Below are positions 52,768 through 64,000 of a stretch of DNA of 64,000 nucleotides, in pieces. A program made the position numbers and the translations under genes. The notes below the pieces were generated by a model. The model did not search any database and was not told the origin of the DNA. It saw nothing but the letters and a program-made list of their open reading frames with translations. The DNA comes from Adineta vaga (Eukaryota; Animalia; Rotifera), in contig CP075493.1 of NCBI GenBank assembly GCA_021613535.1, positions 8,308,001 through 8,372,000 of the forward strand. Reading direction: 5' to 3'. Positions within the stretch are counted from its first letter, which is position 1; every line of letters begins with the position of its first letter.

Positions 52768-55700
52768 ATGCTTAACGTTTTCTTATTTATCTACTCTACT
52801 TTTCTCATACACTATTGTAAGTAGCATTTTAAATAAGTGATTACTATTTGTTTGAAAATGTTTTTAGCTTTTGCTCTATCTATTCGTTCGGAGAATATAA
52901 CAGTAACAAGAGGCGAAAATGTCAAATTTCGTTGTCAATTACCATCAAATTATTCATCAAAAGATAATATTCTGCAATGGAAAAAATCTCGTTCAAATGA
53001 TGACAATATGATTATTTCAATCAATGGAAAAATTCCAAAAATCTTTGATAAACTTTATCAAACTGATCTTACAAATCAATATAGTTCGTTGGAAATATTT
53101 CATGTTGATAATAATGATTCTACGACATACATTTATCAAACATTTGAAACACAAACAATTCTTTGTCAGTATAATCTTGTTGTATTAAGTAAGTATTCTG
53201 ATACTAAGTAAAGAGGAGAAATAATAATCACAAGCTGTTCATCGTTTTTCTTTCTAAAGTTAAGCCTGAGGCACCATTATTAATAATCAATAAAGTGAAT
53301 ATTGAAGAATATCAAGCTGTCACATTGACATGTTCATCAGTGAATGGAAATCCTCCGCCTCAATACACATGGTATCGTAATGGCACACTTCTCGCGTATG
53401 ATTCGATATTCTTCGTTAAAAACAATTTTATTCGTTCATGCTTTTCTTTCTGTATTCCAGTTCATTGAATGAACAAGTGATCACAACAGGGAATCATTCT
53501 CTCTATAAATTTAATGTAACTCGTTTTGACAATCAAGTGAAATATGAATGTCAAATCTGGAATCAAGCACTTGCAAATCCACTTCGCCTTGAACAATATT
53601 TACACGTAAAATGTAAGCACAGACGTAAAAGGCGACAATTACCATATGCTCATCTTTTCTTTTCATTTCTGCATATGTAAATAGATCGACCATATGTGAA
53701 CATACTTGAAGAAACAACGATATTCTCAAGTGAACTAAATCAAATAAGAACAATAATCGGTATTGAATCTCGACAACAAAATTTAACCTGTCAATATGAT
53801 GCAAATCCACCGCCAACAGCTATCTATTGGATAAGCAATGACACAACTATCGTTAGCCGTAAGAATACATATCTTTCAATTAGATAGACACTTAGTTTGT
53901 GTTTTTCTTTTCATTCAGGTGAAAGAATTCTTTATATCCCACGGTTAACATCCGACCAAAATGGTGTCTATACATGTATTGTGGAAAATGCTCTTGGTCG
54001 GGGAAATCAATCAATCTATCTGAATATTGAATGTAAGTTTAATTGTTTTTTGAAAAGAATAACTAATCTTTTTTTGTTTTTTTTTACAAAGATTCACCAC
54101 GTGTTCGAGCTCTTCAATCTCGTCTTGTTGTTAATCGTTCGGAATCAGCTATTCTTCGTTGTTCAGCAAATTCAAATCCATTACCTTATCAAATAAGATG
54201 GTTTAAAAATAATACGGAAATTTTTCGTAACAATCATTTAACGGATTATCGTATTGATCATGTTGAACGAAATGATTCCGGTCTTTATACATGTACTGTA
54301 TTTAATCGTTTTCATAATAATCAAACGAGTAATGGTTCTAGTACCATTGAATTGATTGTTCAAAGTCGACCTATTATTGAGACAACTCATTCGAAAATAG
54401 CCGCAGAAATTGGACAGCCAATAACATTGGCATGTCGTGTTCTTGGTCAACCCAAACCAAATATTTTGTGGAAATTTGGTGAACAAATTATTCGATGTGA
54501 TGAGATTATTAATGATACATGTTATTTACGTTTTTCGCAAATTTTAAAGAAAGAGTTCGGTGCATATCAATGTATTGCAGAGAATCTACTTGGAAAAGAA
54601 GAATGGACCTATACTATTGTTTCGCGAGGTAAGAGGTACACCTTATAAATTTAAAGTAATTTATTTCTGAAAAGGTAAACCTGAAACACCAACGGATATT
54701 CTCGTCTCAGAAATGACTTCATCTTCTTTTAAAATTCAATTTTCTCCATCATTTGATGGTGGAAGTGGATCACAACGATTTTCAATTGAAATCGCTAATT
54801 CATCGAATATAACAATCAAGACAGAAGAAATACCTTTCAATATCTATGAATATACAATTAAAAGTATATAAAAAATTCTTTCATCTAACAAATCTATTCA
54901 TTTATATTTGTTTTCTTTCTCAAGATTTAGATGATTCTTCATTGTATTACTTTCGTATTAAATCAACAAATATTTATGGTGAAAGTCCTTGGAGTAATGA
55001 TATACCTGTTCAAACAAGTGAATTAATCATCACATCCGATGGTATTTCTTTGTAATTGTATCTGTTCTTCAAAAAAATATTTCTATTTTAAATCTAGATT
55101 TGCCACAATTACATGTTGTATCTTATAATTCAAAAGAAAATCTTCTTCAATTTCATTATTTACCTGATACTTCTCATTTATCGAATTTAAATGAAAATCA
55201 ATTATGTTTAAATATTCGTCAATCATCCGATGGCAAAGTTTATCAATCAATTGAAGAATGTTTATCGATCTCGAATCATCGTGTACCGTGGACAATTGTA
55301 AGAGAACTACCGTTTTTGAAATTGTCTATCTGTTCAAAGAAACAACCAGAGATTTGTGGGCAAGAAATAGAAATGAAAGAAGGTAAAAATTGAAGTTGAT
55401 TCGATTGGAAAAAATGTTCTCGTTTTTATTAGAAATAAATAGTCGAGATTTAACACCAATGATCATTGGAGTAGCTGCTATAACAAGCTTTTTAGTTCTT
55501 ATTATAATTATCATCGCAATTATTTGTGCTCGATCGAAAGCACGGCAATCAAAACCGAATATGAACAAATGTAAGTGAATTAGCAATTTGATTTCAAATA
55601 AAATTTCTCTCTCGTTTAGTTGGTATTGTTGGTTTTGACAAAGATGTTAGACCGTACGTAGAATTTAATAGAGAAAAGGAAATATTCTGATTCGTTTTTT

Positions 55701-56291
55701 TTTCTGTTAATATTATCAGTGTTATTTCTGAACCTCATCTACAAAATTCATATTCATTGTATACGAATACAAATGCGCAAACACAATCGTATGATTTTGA
55801 ATATCAACAACGGAAAATAACAAGTTCATTTACTCATTCATGTAAGTTCTCTATGAATAATCTTATCTAATGACGGTTTTATATTTCATATATCACAGCT
55901 GATATCATCGATCGAGAACAGCTAAAAGATGAATGTAAGTATGATCATCATATCTTTCTATCTAATCTCTTTTTTTTTGATACTTTCAGATGGAATAACA
56001 AAACGTACAACAAATATTCATGTTTCACCACATTGGAATCGTAGTGAATCTCGATCTGGTTCAAATCCGTCATCGGAATCAAGTTGTATTACACAAAATA
56101 CAAATATATTGATGGTTAGTAATACTGATACTCAACAGTCAGATCCACCTTCGACATTAATTTCACATTACGGTTTTCCACCAATCATTTCTCCATCACA
56201 ACAACAATCTTCAATTATTCAAAGTTCATCATCAAGTGAAAACTCGACACCTAATCGAATAAAGAAACTCTTTTACGAAGTCGTTGTTTGA
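52768..56291 (+). CDS. Type I membrane Ig-superfamily adhesion protein: 5 Ig + 1-2 FN3 + TM + PDZ-binding tail (echinoid/nephrin-like)
   Basis: Signal exon MLNVFLFIYS; Ig domains (CSSVNGNPPPQYTWYRNG, DQNGVYTC, DSGLYTC, EFGAYQCIAEN); FN3 (FDGGSG...YYFRIKSTNIYGES); TM IIGVAAITSFLVLIIIIIAIIC; C-terminus FYEVVV*. Confidence 0.88.
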
Positions 56292-56805
56292 TATCAAACA
56301 AACACAATCCGGTGATATTCTGTTTCTATAATCTCGTTTTCGTTCTTGTGTATAAATTTTAATATTATATGAATAACAATCGACTCATATTTGGATTTCT
56401 ATTTAATTAATTTTTCTCTTTTGTTATGTGTCTTCTTTTCGAACAACAGGATTGTAAACGAGTTCAAAATGCATTGAAATTGTTCAAACAATTGTAATTC
56501 TATGGAGACTTTTTATTACATTAATTATGAAACTTTGTCGAAATTTAATTGATTTCTTTATTTTATATCTAACTACTACAAATATATCCAACATAAATGT
56601 TCTTTGAAAATTCGTAACCTTATTCAATACAATTTCATTAGTTAAAACAATTTCAGAGAAAGCATAGAGTGTTACAACATTTCAAAAAGGGATGAACGTC
56701 AAAAATTCATCTATGTATATCAGTGCTGTACGTAAAGACATTTTTGTTTGGTAATTAAACATAGGTCGTGTAGTATATGGATTAGTAGGACAATATATTG
56801 TAATT

Positions 56806-57605
56806 TCATTCGAATATTGTGATAAATGAATATTTAACATCAAATTGTGCTGAAAATGATACTTTTAAAGTTATTTAATGTTTTTTTTTGTTTAAATAGC
56901 TATCGAATACTTACATGATTGATTAGGAATCGATGTTAATTGAAGTTCTTTTTCTTTCAATTGTTCAGTATATTGTTGATGTTGATGTTCATATGTATGT
57001 ATCTTCATTTTAAACTGTGCTTCACTTTCATTTTGAAGTTCGAGATATTGATCTTTCTGAACATTTAATAATTCTTTTAGTTGTCTAATTTTCTCCTGTT
57101 GATTATTTATTTGACTAATCTGTTCATTCAATCTGTCTTCTAATTGTTGATTTTCCATAATAAGTTCAGTGATAATCGATCGCATTCCTTCAAATCGACA
57201 GTTATTTAGATGTTCATCTAACTGATCACGTTGTCCTATCCATGGACATTTGATATCTGCTGATCGACATGAGACCATTGTCTTCGGACATACTTTTTGC
57301 ATATGTTCTTCCAAATTGATTTTTAATAAACCATTTTGTCCGCAAATCATACACTTGATTCGAAGTCGATCGATCATATTTCGAAGTGAACGTGGAGCTA
57401 GTGTCAAACTGTTCATTGATAATTTTTGTCGACAATGAGGACAAGAATTAATTTTCGTTTCCATCCAGTTCATAATACATTTCCGACAAAAAGTTTCACC
57501 ACAGGGAGTACAGCATGGATCAATTAGAGGTGAATGACATATACTACAAATTAATTCAGGATCAATCGATATTTCATCAATATATTCGTATGTTGAATCC
57601 ATCAT
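56806..57605 (-). CDS. RING finger + TRAF-type zinc finger + coiled-coil protein (putative E3 ligase)
   Basis: CSICHSPLIDPCCTPCGETFCRKCI...CPHCR, then CMICG...HMQKVC and CRSADIKCPWIG.R...EHLNNC, followed by a Gln/Glu coiled coil. The last short exon (ending at 56806) is inferred; the unspliced stop is at 56892. Confidence 0.85.
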
Positions 57606-58071
57606 CTAATCTACAATAGAATTGTTCTAGTCATTCTAGATGATAAATTTTAGTTCGAATATCTTTTCTGCGTACAGGTGACAAAAACAAGAAAAACATC
57701 GATGATCCTTACCGTTACATAGAGCATGGATATTTCATATGTAATAATATCATTTAGAAACAATATTATATGTCTGATGAGAAAGAAATATATAGATTGA
57801 CAAAACAACGATGAAGGTGACAGAATAGAAGGAGTAAATAATCGAATAAGAGATGTCCTTTATCGGTTTATCACTTAGAGACAAGGTTAAATACTTGTCT
57901 TATCATCTAGACAAGAATAAGTAATTGATGCAAAAACTTCTTTGCATCAAAAGTTATGCATATTGTAATCAAGATGAAGATTTTATTTAAAAGATATTTA
58001 TACATTGTAGAAAAAGCGGTGAAAATCTTCTGTTCACATAAATAGACATCCAATATACAAAACTATTTGTT

Positions 58072-61000
58072 TTAAGATGTAACATAACCAGTTGTATTTG
58101 CTCGACGTAGCTCTCGTAAAGTAACAACACGTCGTAAGCGTTCAATCATCTTTTCACTTGATTCATATAATTGTTTTAATTGTTCAATAGCTTTTTCTCC
58201 TCTTCCACCTTCCAAAATTTGACTCATACTAAAGATGATGATTTCTAATGGTTGTATACTATTTCGAAATTCACTTGGATTATTGCCATAACCTTCTGCT
58301 GAAACAGCTATAAATTCACAAACACGATGTAAATAACTAATATATTTGATCATTTCATAAAGATGACGTAAAACAGCTTGACGCTTATCAAATTGTGATT
58401 GTACTAAATTACTGTCAAATAACGTTCCTTTATCTAATCGTATTGTACCAAGTAAACGTTTCGCATTTTCATTTTGTTTTGATGGAACTAAGAGAATACG
58501 TTCATGATGATGAGCGATTGCAATGAAATAAAAACGTCGTGATTGATTATGCTGTTTAGCGAAGGTTTCTTCCTGTAATGGTATAGCTCCTTTTGGACAA
58601 CTAAATGTTCCATCCGGTGCATTATGATCCTTCCAATAAGCTGTACAAGTCCAACAAAATTCTGTTCCACATCTACATGTCATATGATTACAACCACCTA
58701 CAAAAAATAGAACATTCAATGATATTTAGAATCAATTTTTAAAACATTCAACTGACCATTTTTTTCAATGAAATTATTACATGATATACAATTTCGACCT
58801 TTTATTTGAGTTATAGCATTATAGTCTGATATAAAATCTCCATTTCGATGAGCTTCATCCATATATAATCGATAAGCACTACATGTTGCTGGAAAATGAG
58901 GATCTTTTCTGCAATGGAAACAAAATTCATGGCCACAACGACATCGGACATGGTCAATGCCGGAACCAATTACTTGTACAATATTTGAACATGATTTTGA
59001 TGGACATTTAACATGAGAACGTGATAGATTGACAAGACATTTTTCAATATTTCGTTCATAGATATTCATACAACGAACATTGACCAATGAGAGAATTGTA
59101 CCTAATATTTAAAACGAAATATGATCATAACGATACTATTTAAAATCTCTTACCAACATCAACAATTGAACAACAATTCCATTCGGGACAAAGAACAATT
59201 TTAATACTTTTTATTGAATTTTCTAAATATTGTTTCCAACATTGATTACATAACCAATGTGCACAAGCTTTTAATGCTGTCATTGGAATGGTTTCATCAA
59301 TATCTTGATAACAATTCGTACAAATATCTGGTTTAATTAATTCATATTCATCCATTGATATTTCACTATTCAATTGTTCTTCTTCTAAGATGGCTTTTGT
59401 TTGCGGTTGATTTCTATCTAATGTTTGTAAATGACGAATTTGTCTATTGACAAATTCACTTTCACTCAATTCATTATCTTCATTATTTTGAATCAATTTT
59501 CGTCGAATTAATTCCGAATCAATTGGTTTAAATGTATCAAATGGTAAACTTGCTATGAAATCAATTGCTTTCTGTACAACAACATCAATTGTATAGATTG
59601 ATTCAGTTGATTCATGTAAGTTTTCCAATTGAATTGTATTAGCATAAAGATCCATATTGAGACCAACTTGTACTTGACAAAATTTTTCATTAGTAGAATC
59701 TTTGTCATTGACAAGAAAGACAAGATATGAATTTAATGTAGCATACGTAGGAAATAATTGAAAATCATTCGACCAACGATATGCTTTCAAACGATCAGTT
59801 ATACAAATCAAATATTTTGTTGGATAACATTGAGCATGTATAAAATTTTTACCATAAGTTTTCGATAAATATTCGATAGTTAAGTCGGCCTTATTCATTA
59901 AAATTGAACAGTATGTTAATGACATGAGATGATGATGGGATTTTTGCTGTGGTTCAGTTTTTTTACCTGCACTTTTTTGCTAGATGAAGAAATATTCATG
60001 AGATAGAATTTCGAATAGAAATGAATCGACTTACTCGTTGAAGAAAAACAGCTTTATCACGATTGTAAAGTTTTTCCTCTCGACTAATTTGTCGACGAAA
60101 TCCTCTTGGTGGTTCAATATCATCCAAATAAAGACGAGATGATTTGGGATCGAATTTCTTTACTGTAACTAAATTTTCAGCGATTACGTTTGTAAGATGA
60201 TTTTCAACATTAGAGACAGTAGGAATGAAATCATTCAATTGTAAACCACTTAGCTTTTCTGAAGGATAATTCTAGAACAAAAAAATAGTCAATAGAGCTA
60301 GAAGAATCAGAAAAAGTTTAATACGTTTACAGGTGTAATATGTTCATCATCATCATCATCAGTCAAGATTTCTTCTTCACTATCTTCGTATTGTTCATTA
60401 GCATTCAAACGTTCTTTGACATCAGCTAATTTCGAGCGTTGAGTATTTGCTGCCGCTCTTTTTGCTGGAGAAGAATTATGATTTGAATTTACAAATAAAA
60501 CAAGAAGATGCTTATACCTTTATAACCATGTTGTTTTCGAATATTTGGTAATTGTTTTTCCGCAGGTGGTGCTACAACGGCATAGTATGTCACATCAGCA
60601 GTAGGTCTTTGTTGTCTCGTATTATTATTTAAGGCACGTTCATTTTCTACGATTTGTCCGAATCTTTTTGTCACTGATGGTTCTGACATATACGTTTTTC
60701 TCGGAAGTTGGACACGTTGTTGTCCTATATTACTAGTGACACTAACACAATTAGCGTCATGTTCAGTATTATGAAATTCAAATAGACGATATTTTGTTTG
60801 AGAAGGATTTAATGATCTTCGTGCTGACTTTTTCTTTCTTTGTACATTAGGTTTTTTTTGTAATCGTTCCGAATCAGATTGAACATCAAGTTCATCATCG
60901 GATGAACTTATTGGATTCGTTAAATGTTGACGAAAATCATTCAAAACTTCCCATCGTTGGTGTTTATTCAATGAATACTCGATACCACCTCGTGCAATAC

Positions 61001-61177
61001 CAAATGGATCCGGTTGATTCGAAGAATTCTCATCCGTATTTCGAAATGTTGCTTGTATATAGGATTTTGTGGATGGTTGATTGGGGTTGTGATGTAAAAA
61101 AATCGTTTTTCCTCCAGCTGCTACAGTTTTGTTGGTCGTAAATTTGGTTTTTCATCATGATTTTCATTCGACGCCAT
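58072..61177 (-). CDS. RBR (RING1-IBR-RING2) E3 ubiquitin ligase, Ariadne-like, with a long unrecognised N-terminus; frame break in exon 1
   Basis: RING1 CTNC...CAHWLCNQCW...CPEWNC, IBR CPSKSC...CRCGHEFCFHC...HFPATC, RING2 CISC...[22 protein letters not shown] (catalytic Cys intact), then a helical C-terminal region. The 5' end needs a -1 shift near 61125-61145. Confidence 0.88.
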
Positions 61178-61892
61178 TTGAAAGAGAAGGAACAACAACA
61201 ACAAAGAATCAAATCAAATCTGCGCACAAACTAAATATCACTGTCATGTGGCAAAAAACTGTTTTTCTCTTTTATATAACTATATATGACGACATGACAA
61301 ATAATTCGAACAAAAACAAGTATATAGGTAAGATTACTTTGTAATGGTGAAATTTTTTTGTCATTCCTCTCCTTTAAATTGCGTTGTAAATACACTTAAA
61401 CTAACACGTAAACATGTACGTTTAAAGGTGAATAAATGTTTTCTTTCACTTATTTTCTTATTGATTTGTTTATCGTTAAAATAATCTATAATTGAATATT
61501 AATTCAAAAAATAGTTCAAATCATGACTATCCTAAATAGTTCTCTCATTCATTGGAAGAGACTCATTGAAAAGAAAGCAAAACTTCAATTGTATCTTTAC
61601 CGTCATGTTCCGCCCTCTGGCTTCAACAGACATTGATAGATTTCTTCAGCAGAGAATGACAAACAACAAACAAGTTGCGTTCTCACACACTATACTTTAT
61701 TACTAGAGTCTAAAGAATACATTTTAACTGGCTGAAGTTATAACCTTCCATCTTTTTCTTTCTATATATATGCATACTCATTGATCCGTCTGAATAGAAG
61801 ATTGCATAAAAAAGGGATTAAAATCGTATTTGTGAACGTGTTCAAATTCGATGAAATACTTTTTAATTAAATTTTTACATATATAAATACAA

Positions 61893-63519
61893 ATGCAGCC
61901 GTCACAATATTCTAATCCAACGACACCATCGTCGTGGATGACGTCAAATAGTTCTAAGTACAAAAAATGAATATTTATTTATAGTTTTTATACATTAATT
62001 TCGTTAAAAAATTATAGTATGGCTAACAATAATTCCACTTTTTGGTCCAGCGGTGGATTTCGCAAACGTAAAGCAGCTGATAGTGATTTAGATGAAAAGT
62101 AAAACTTTAAAATTTCATCTTTATATTAAATTTATTTCTGTTTTCTTCCTAAAATAGAGTTCATCAAAAAATGTTTGTTACAGAAGAAAAAATGGTGAAA
62201 GAAATGCAAACATTGTCATTAGATTTAGCAACTCTCAATAACCCTACATCAATCATTGGGTAAATCTTGTTTTCTTTATTCTAGAAAGATGTTTCCTTGT
62301 TTTTTCTTGGTTTTAGAGGATTGACTGTCCATGATAAATCTTCGAAAGACATAATCAATGAAGATGATAGTAGTGATGATGATAAGGATAAAAATATTGA
62401 CGATACACATGTCGAATTCCATAAATTATTGAAAGATAGTTTGAAAAACGATGATATGCAAGATAGTTTTCTCAGCAAACTTTGTGAGAATGAACGGTAG
62501 ATTTTTCTTAGAATTCGAGGGAAATTATTTTGAATTTTTTTAGGAGGAAATTCACCATGCAAATTGTACCTTATATGCCAATTCATCCTGCTCAAATGAA
62601 TAGTGATACTGTAACAACAGATGAAAAAGCTGAAGGAGAAGAAGACGAAGAAGTCCTTGCTGAGAGCTCATCTCCCGTAATACCAGAAGAAGTTAAAAAT
62701 GATAATGATGATCATTTATTTAAAATGCCATCAGCACCTACACCTTATACAGTCGAAGAACCAAGCGATAGTAATATAAAACGAGCTTCTACAATGAAAA
62801 GGTAAGAGATAACTTTGACATGAATTTTGGAGCTATGATTCAAATATTTTTTGTAGAAGTTATTCACAATCAAATCAAAGTAATAGTAATCTATCAGTGA
62901 CAGAATTAAAGTCCGATGTCAATGATAAAACATCAGTACTTCAATCACAGTCACCTTACTTTATTGTTGAACCAACAGTTACTCCGTAAGTGAAATAGAA
63001 TACAAAACTCGAAAATTCTTTAGTAAAATAACTTATAAGATGTATTTCGGAAGAAAAGAAAACGAGAAACTGTCGTTAGTTGATTGGCCATTAACAAGAA
63101 CTAAACATGACTAAACATTTCCTGCAAGATTAATTGAAAAAAAACCGGAAATTATAATAAACAAAAGAATAATTTCTTTACATGTCTTGGAAAAATCTCT
63201 CTTATGAGTCATCATGTGTAAGGAATGATATTCGAACTATAGTCAACATCGTATTTTATTACGTAGTTTGTTAGATGATATAAAAATACTGAGAATATCG
63301 TATAAGTTTTGTATTCTTTTTCTCTTTAGTTTGTGTCACACATCATCAAGTACATCAAGCTCATCACTTTCTACCAGTGATCTTTCAGTTCGAATTACAG
63401 AATTTGTTGAAAATCCTACAACGACAACCAATGAATTTGGCAATACACTTGAAGATGATGATATTGACATGCAATCAGTTGCTTCATCGGATACAGGAGA
63501 TAAAATGGATGATGACTGA
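61893..63519 (+). CDS. Acidic/Ser-rich protein, possibly CCDC117/HPIP-like; multi-exon
   Basis: In-frame exons include RKRKAAD (NLS-like), KMFVTEEKMVKEMQTLSL and FTMQIVPYMP, which resemble the 'TEEKM...L.L' and 'M.LV.W.P' motifs recalled for that family. The family call is weak. Confidence 0.55.
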
Positions 63520-63685
63520 ATGTGCGTGAAAGAAATCTAATAGGACATTTTCTTTTCTAAAAAAATTGTTCTCTAATTTCTCACTCTTTCTGTGCAACAG
63601 AAATGTTTATTGATATTAGTGTGTACTTTATCTTTCAGATATAAGATTTCATCTTTATATTTTGTTTTTCTGTGATATTCATAGT

Positions 63686-64000
63686 ATGGCATCGGCACCT
63701 ATAACAGAAAATCCTGTAGATACAAATTCAGGTCCAACAGAAGAAAATCAAGCAACTTATCAGATACGTCAATTTGATTTAAAAGTAGTTCGAGATGCTT
63801 TTGTTAATTGCATTCAACCAGATCAAACATTACTTCTCCATGAATATGTTCGAGCTTATGATGAATTATGCATGTAAATTGTACTTTTTCTTCCAAAGAA
63901 AACAAAAACTGACTTATTCTGTTCTTAGATTTGTTTCATCACTCGGTGCTATTTTTGATTGGGCTATAAAAGATCTAACTCATAAATTACTCATTCTCAG
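63686..64000 (+). CDS. CPTP: Glycolipid-transfer-protein family member (ceramide-1-phosphate transfer protein-like), 5' part
   Basis: FDLKVVRDAFVNC...LLLHEYVRAYDELC|IFVSSLGAIFDWAIKDLTHKLLIL matches the GLTP/CPTP N-terminus. It runs off the end of the window. Confidence 0.8.

Noticed and set aside
57878-57900. Short inverted repeat AGACAAG...CTTGTCT between the RBR and RING genes
   Set aside because: A 7-bp stem is expected by chance in 64 kb of AT-rich DNA.
30700-61177. Idea that the F-box-LRR, NYN RNase, RING-TRAF and RBR genes form a defence cluster
   Set aside because: They are spread over 30 kb and interleaved with ordinary housekeeping genes; there is no evidence of functional linkage.
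1-64000. Prokaryotic features (operons, CRISPR arrays, IS elements), rRNA/tRNA genes, intact transposons
   Set aside because: The sequence is intron-rich eukaryotic DNA. I saw no repeat-spacer arrays, structured RNA genes or transposase/RT ORFs by eye; a covariance-model scan would be needed to exclude small RNAs.

Overview
Eukaryotic (animal) genomic DNA: very AT-rich, gene-dense, with many short (~50-65 nt) GT-AG introns, so the ORF track breaks genes into fragments. The short introns, CGA/CGT-heavy Arg usage and an exon-repeat F-box-LRR gene point to a bdelloid rotifer (inference, not proven). Manual splicing gives about 24 genes in this order: ABCA transporter (3' part), small neuropeptide-like precursor, anamorsin/CIAPIN1-like, tousled-like kinase, WAP+CCP (LEV-9/Hasp-like), glutamine synthetase, ABHD13-like hydrolase, glycyl-tRNA synthetase, a Ser-rich orphan, F-box-LRR, a tail-anchored orphan, Pro/Gly/Phe repeat protein, CCCH-NYN-C2H2 putative RNase, MFSD8, TMED7-like p24, BBS8/TTC8 with a nested antisense ORF, SLC45, echinoid-like Ig/FN3 receptor, RING/TRAF-zinc-finger protein, Ariadne-type RBR ligase, CCDC117/HPIP-like protein and CPTP (5' part). 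I saw no rRNA, tRNA, CRISPR array or intact transposon. Best novelty candidates: (1) a three-exon prepropeptide absent from the ORF track, predicted to release an amidated vicinal-cysteine peptide FCCMSPLS-NH2; (2) a ZC3H11-type CCCH + NYN + triple C2H2 (H-x5-H) RNase architecture; (3) an anamorsin homolog lacking all its Fe-S cysteine motifs; (4) a Cys-rich 100-aa ORF nested antisense in a BBS8 intron; (5) a -1 frame break at an A AAT TTA heptamer in exon 1 of the RBR ligase. All family assignments come from motif recognition by eye; no database searches were run.
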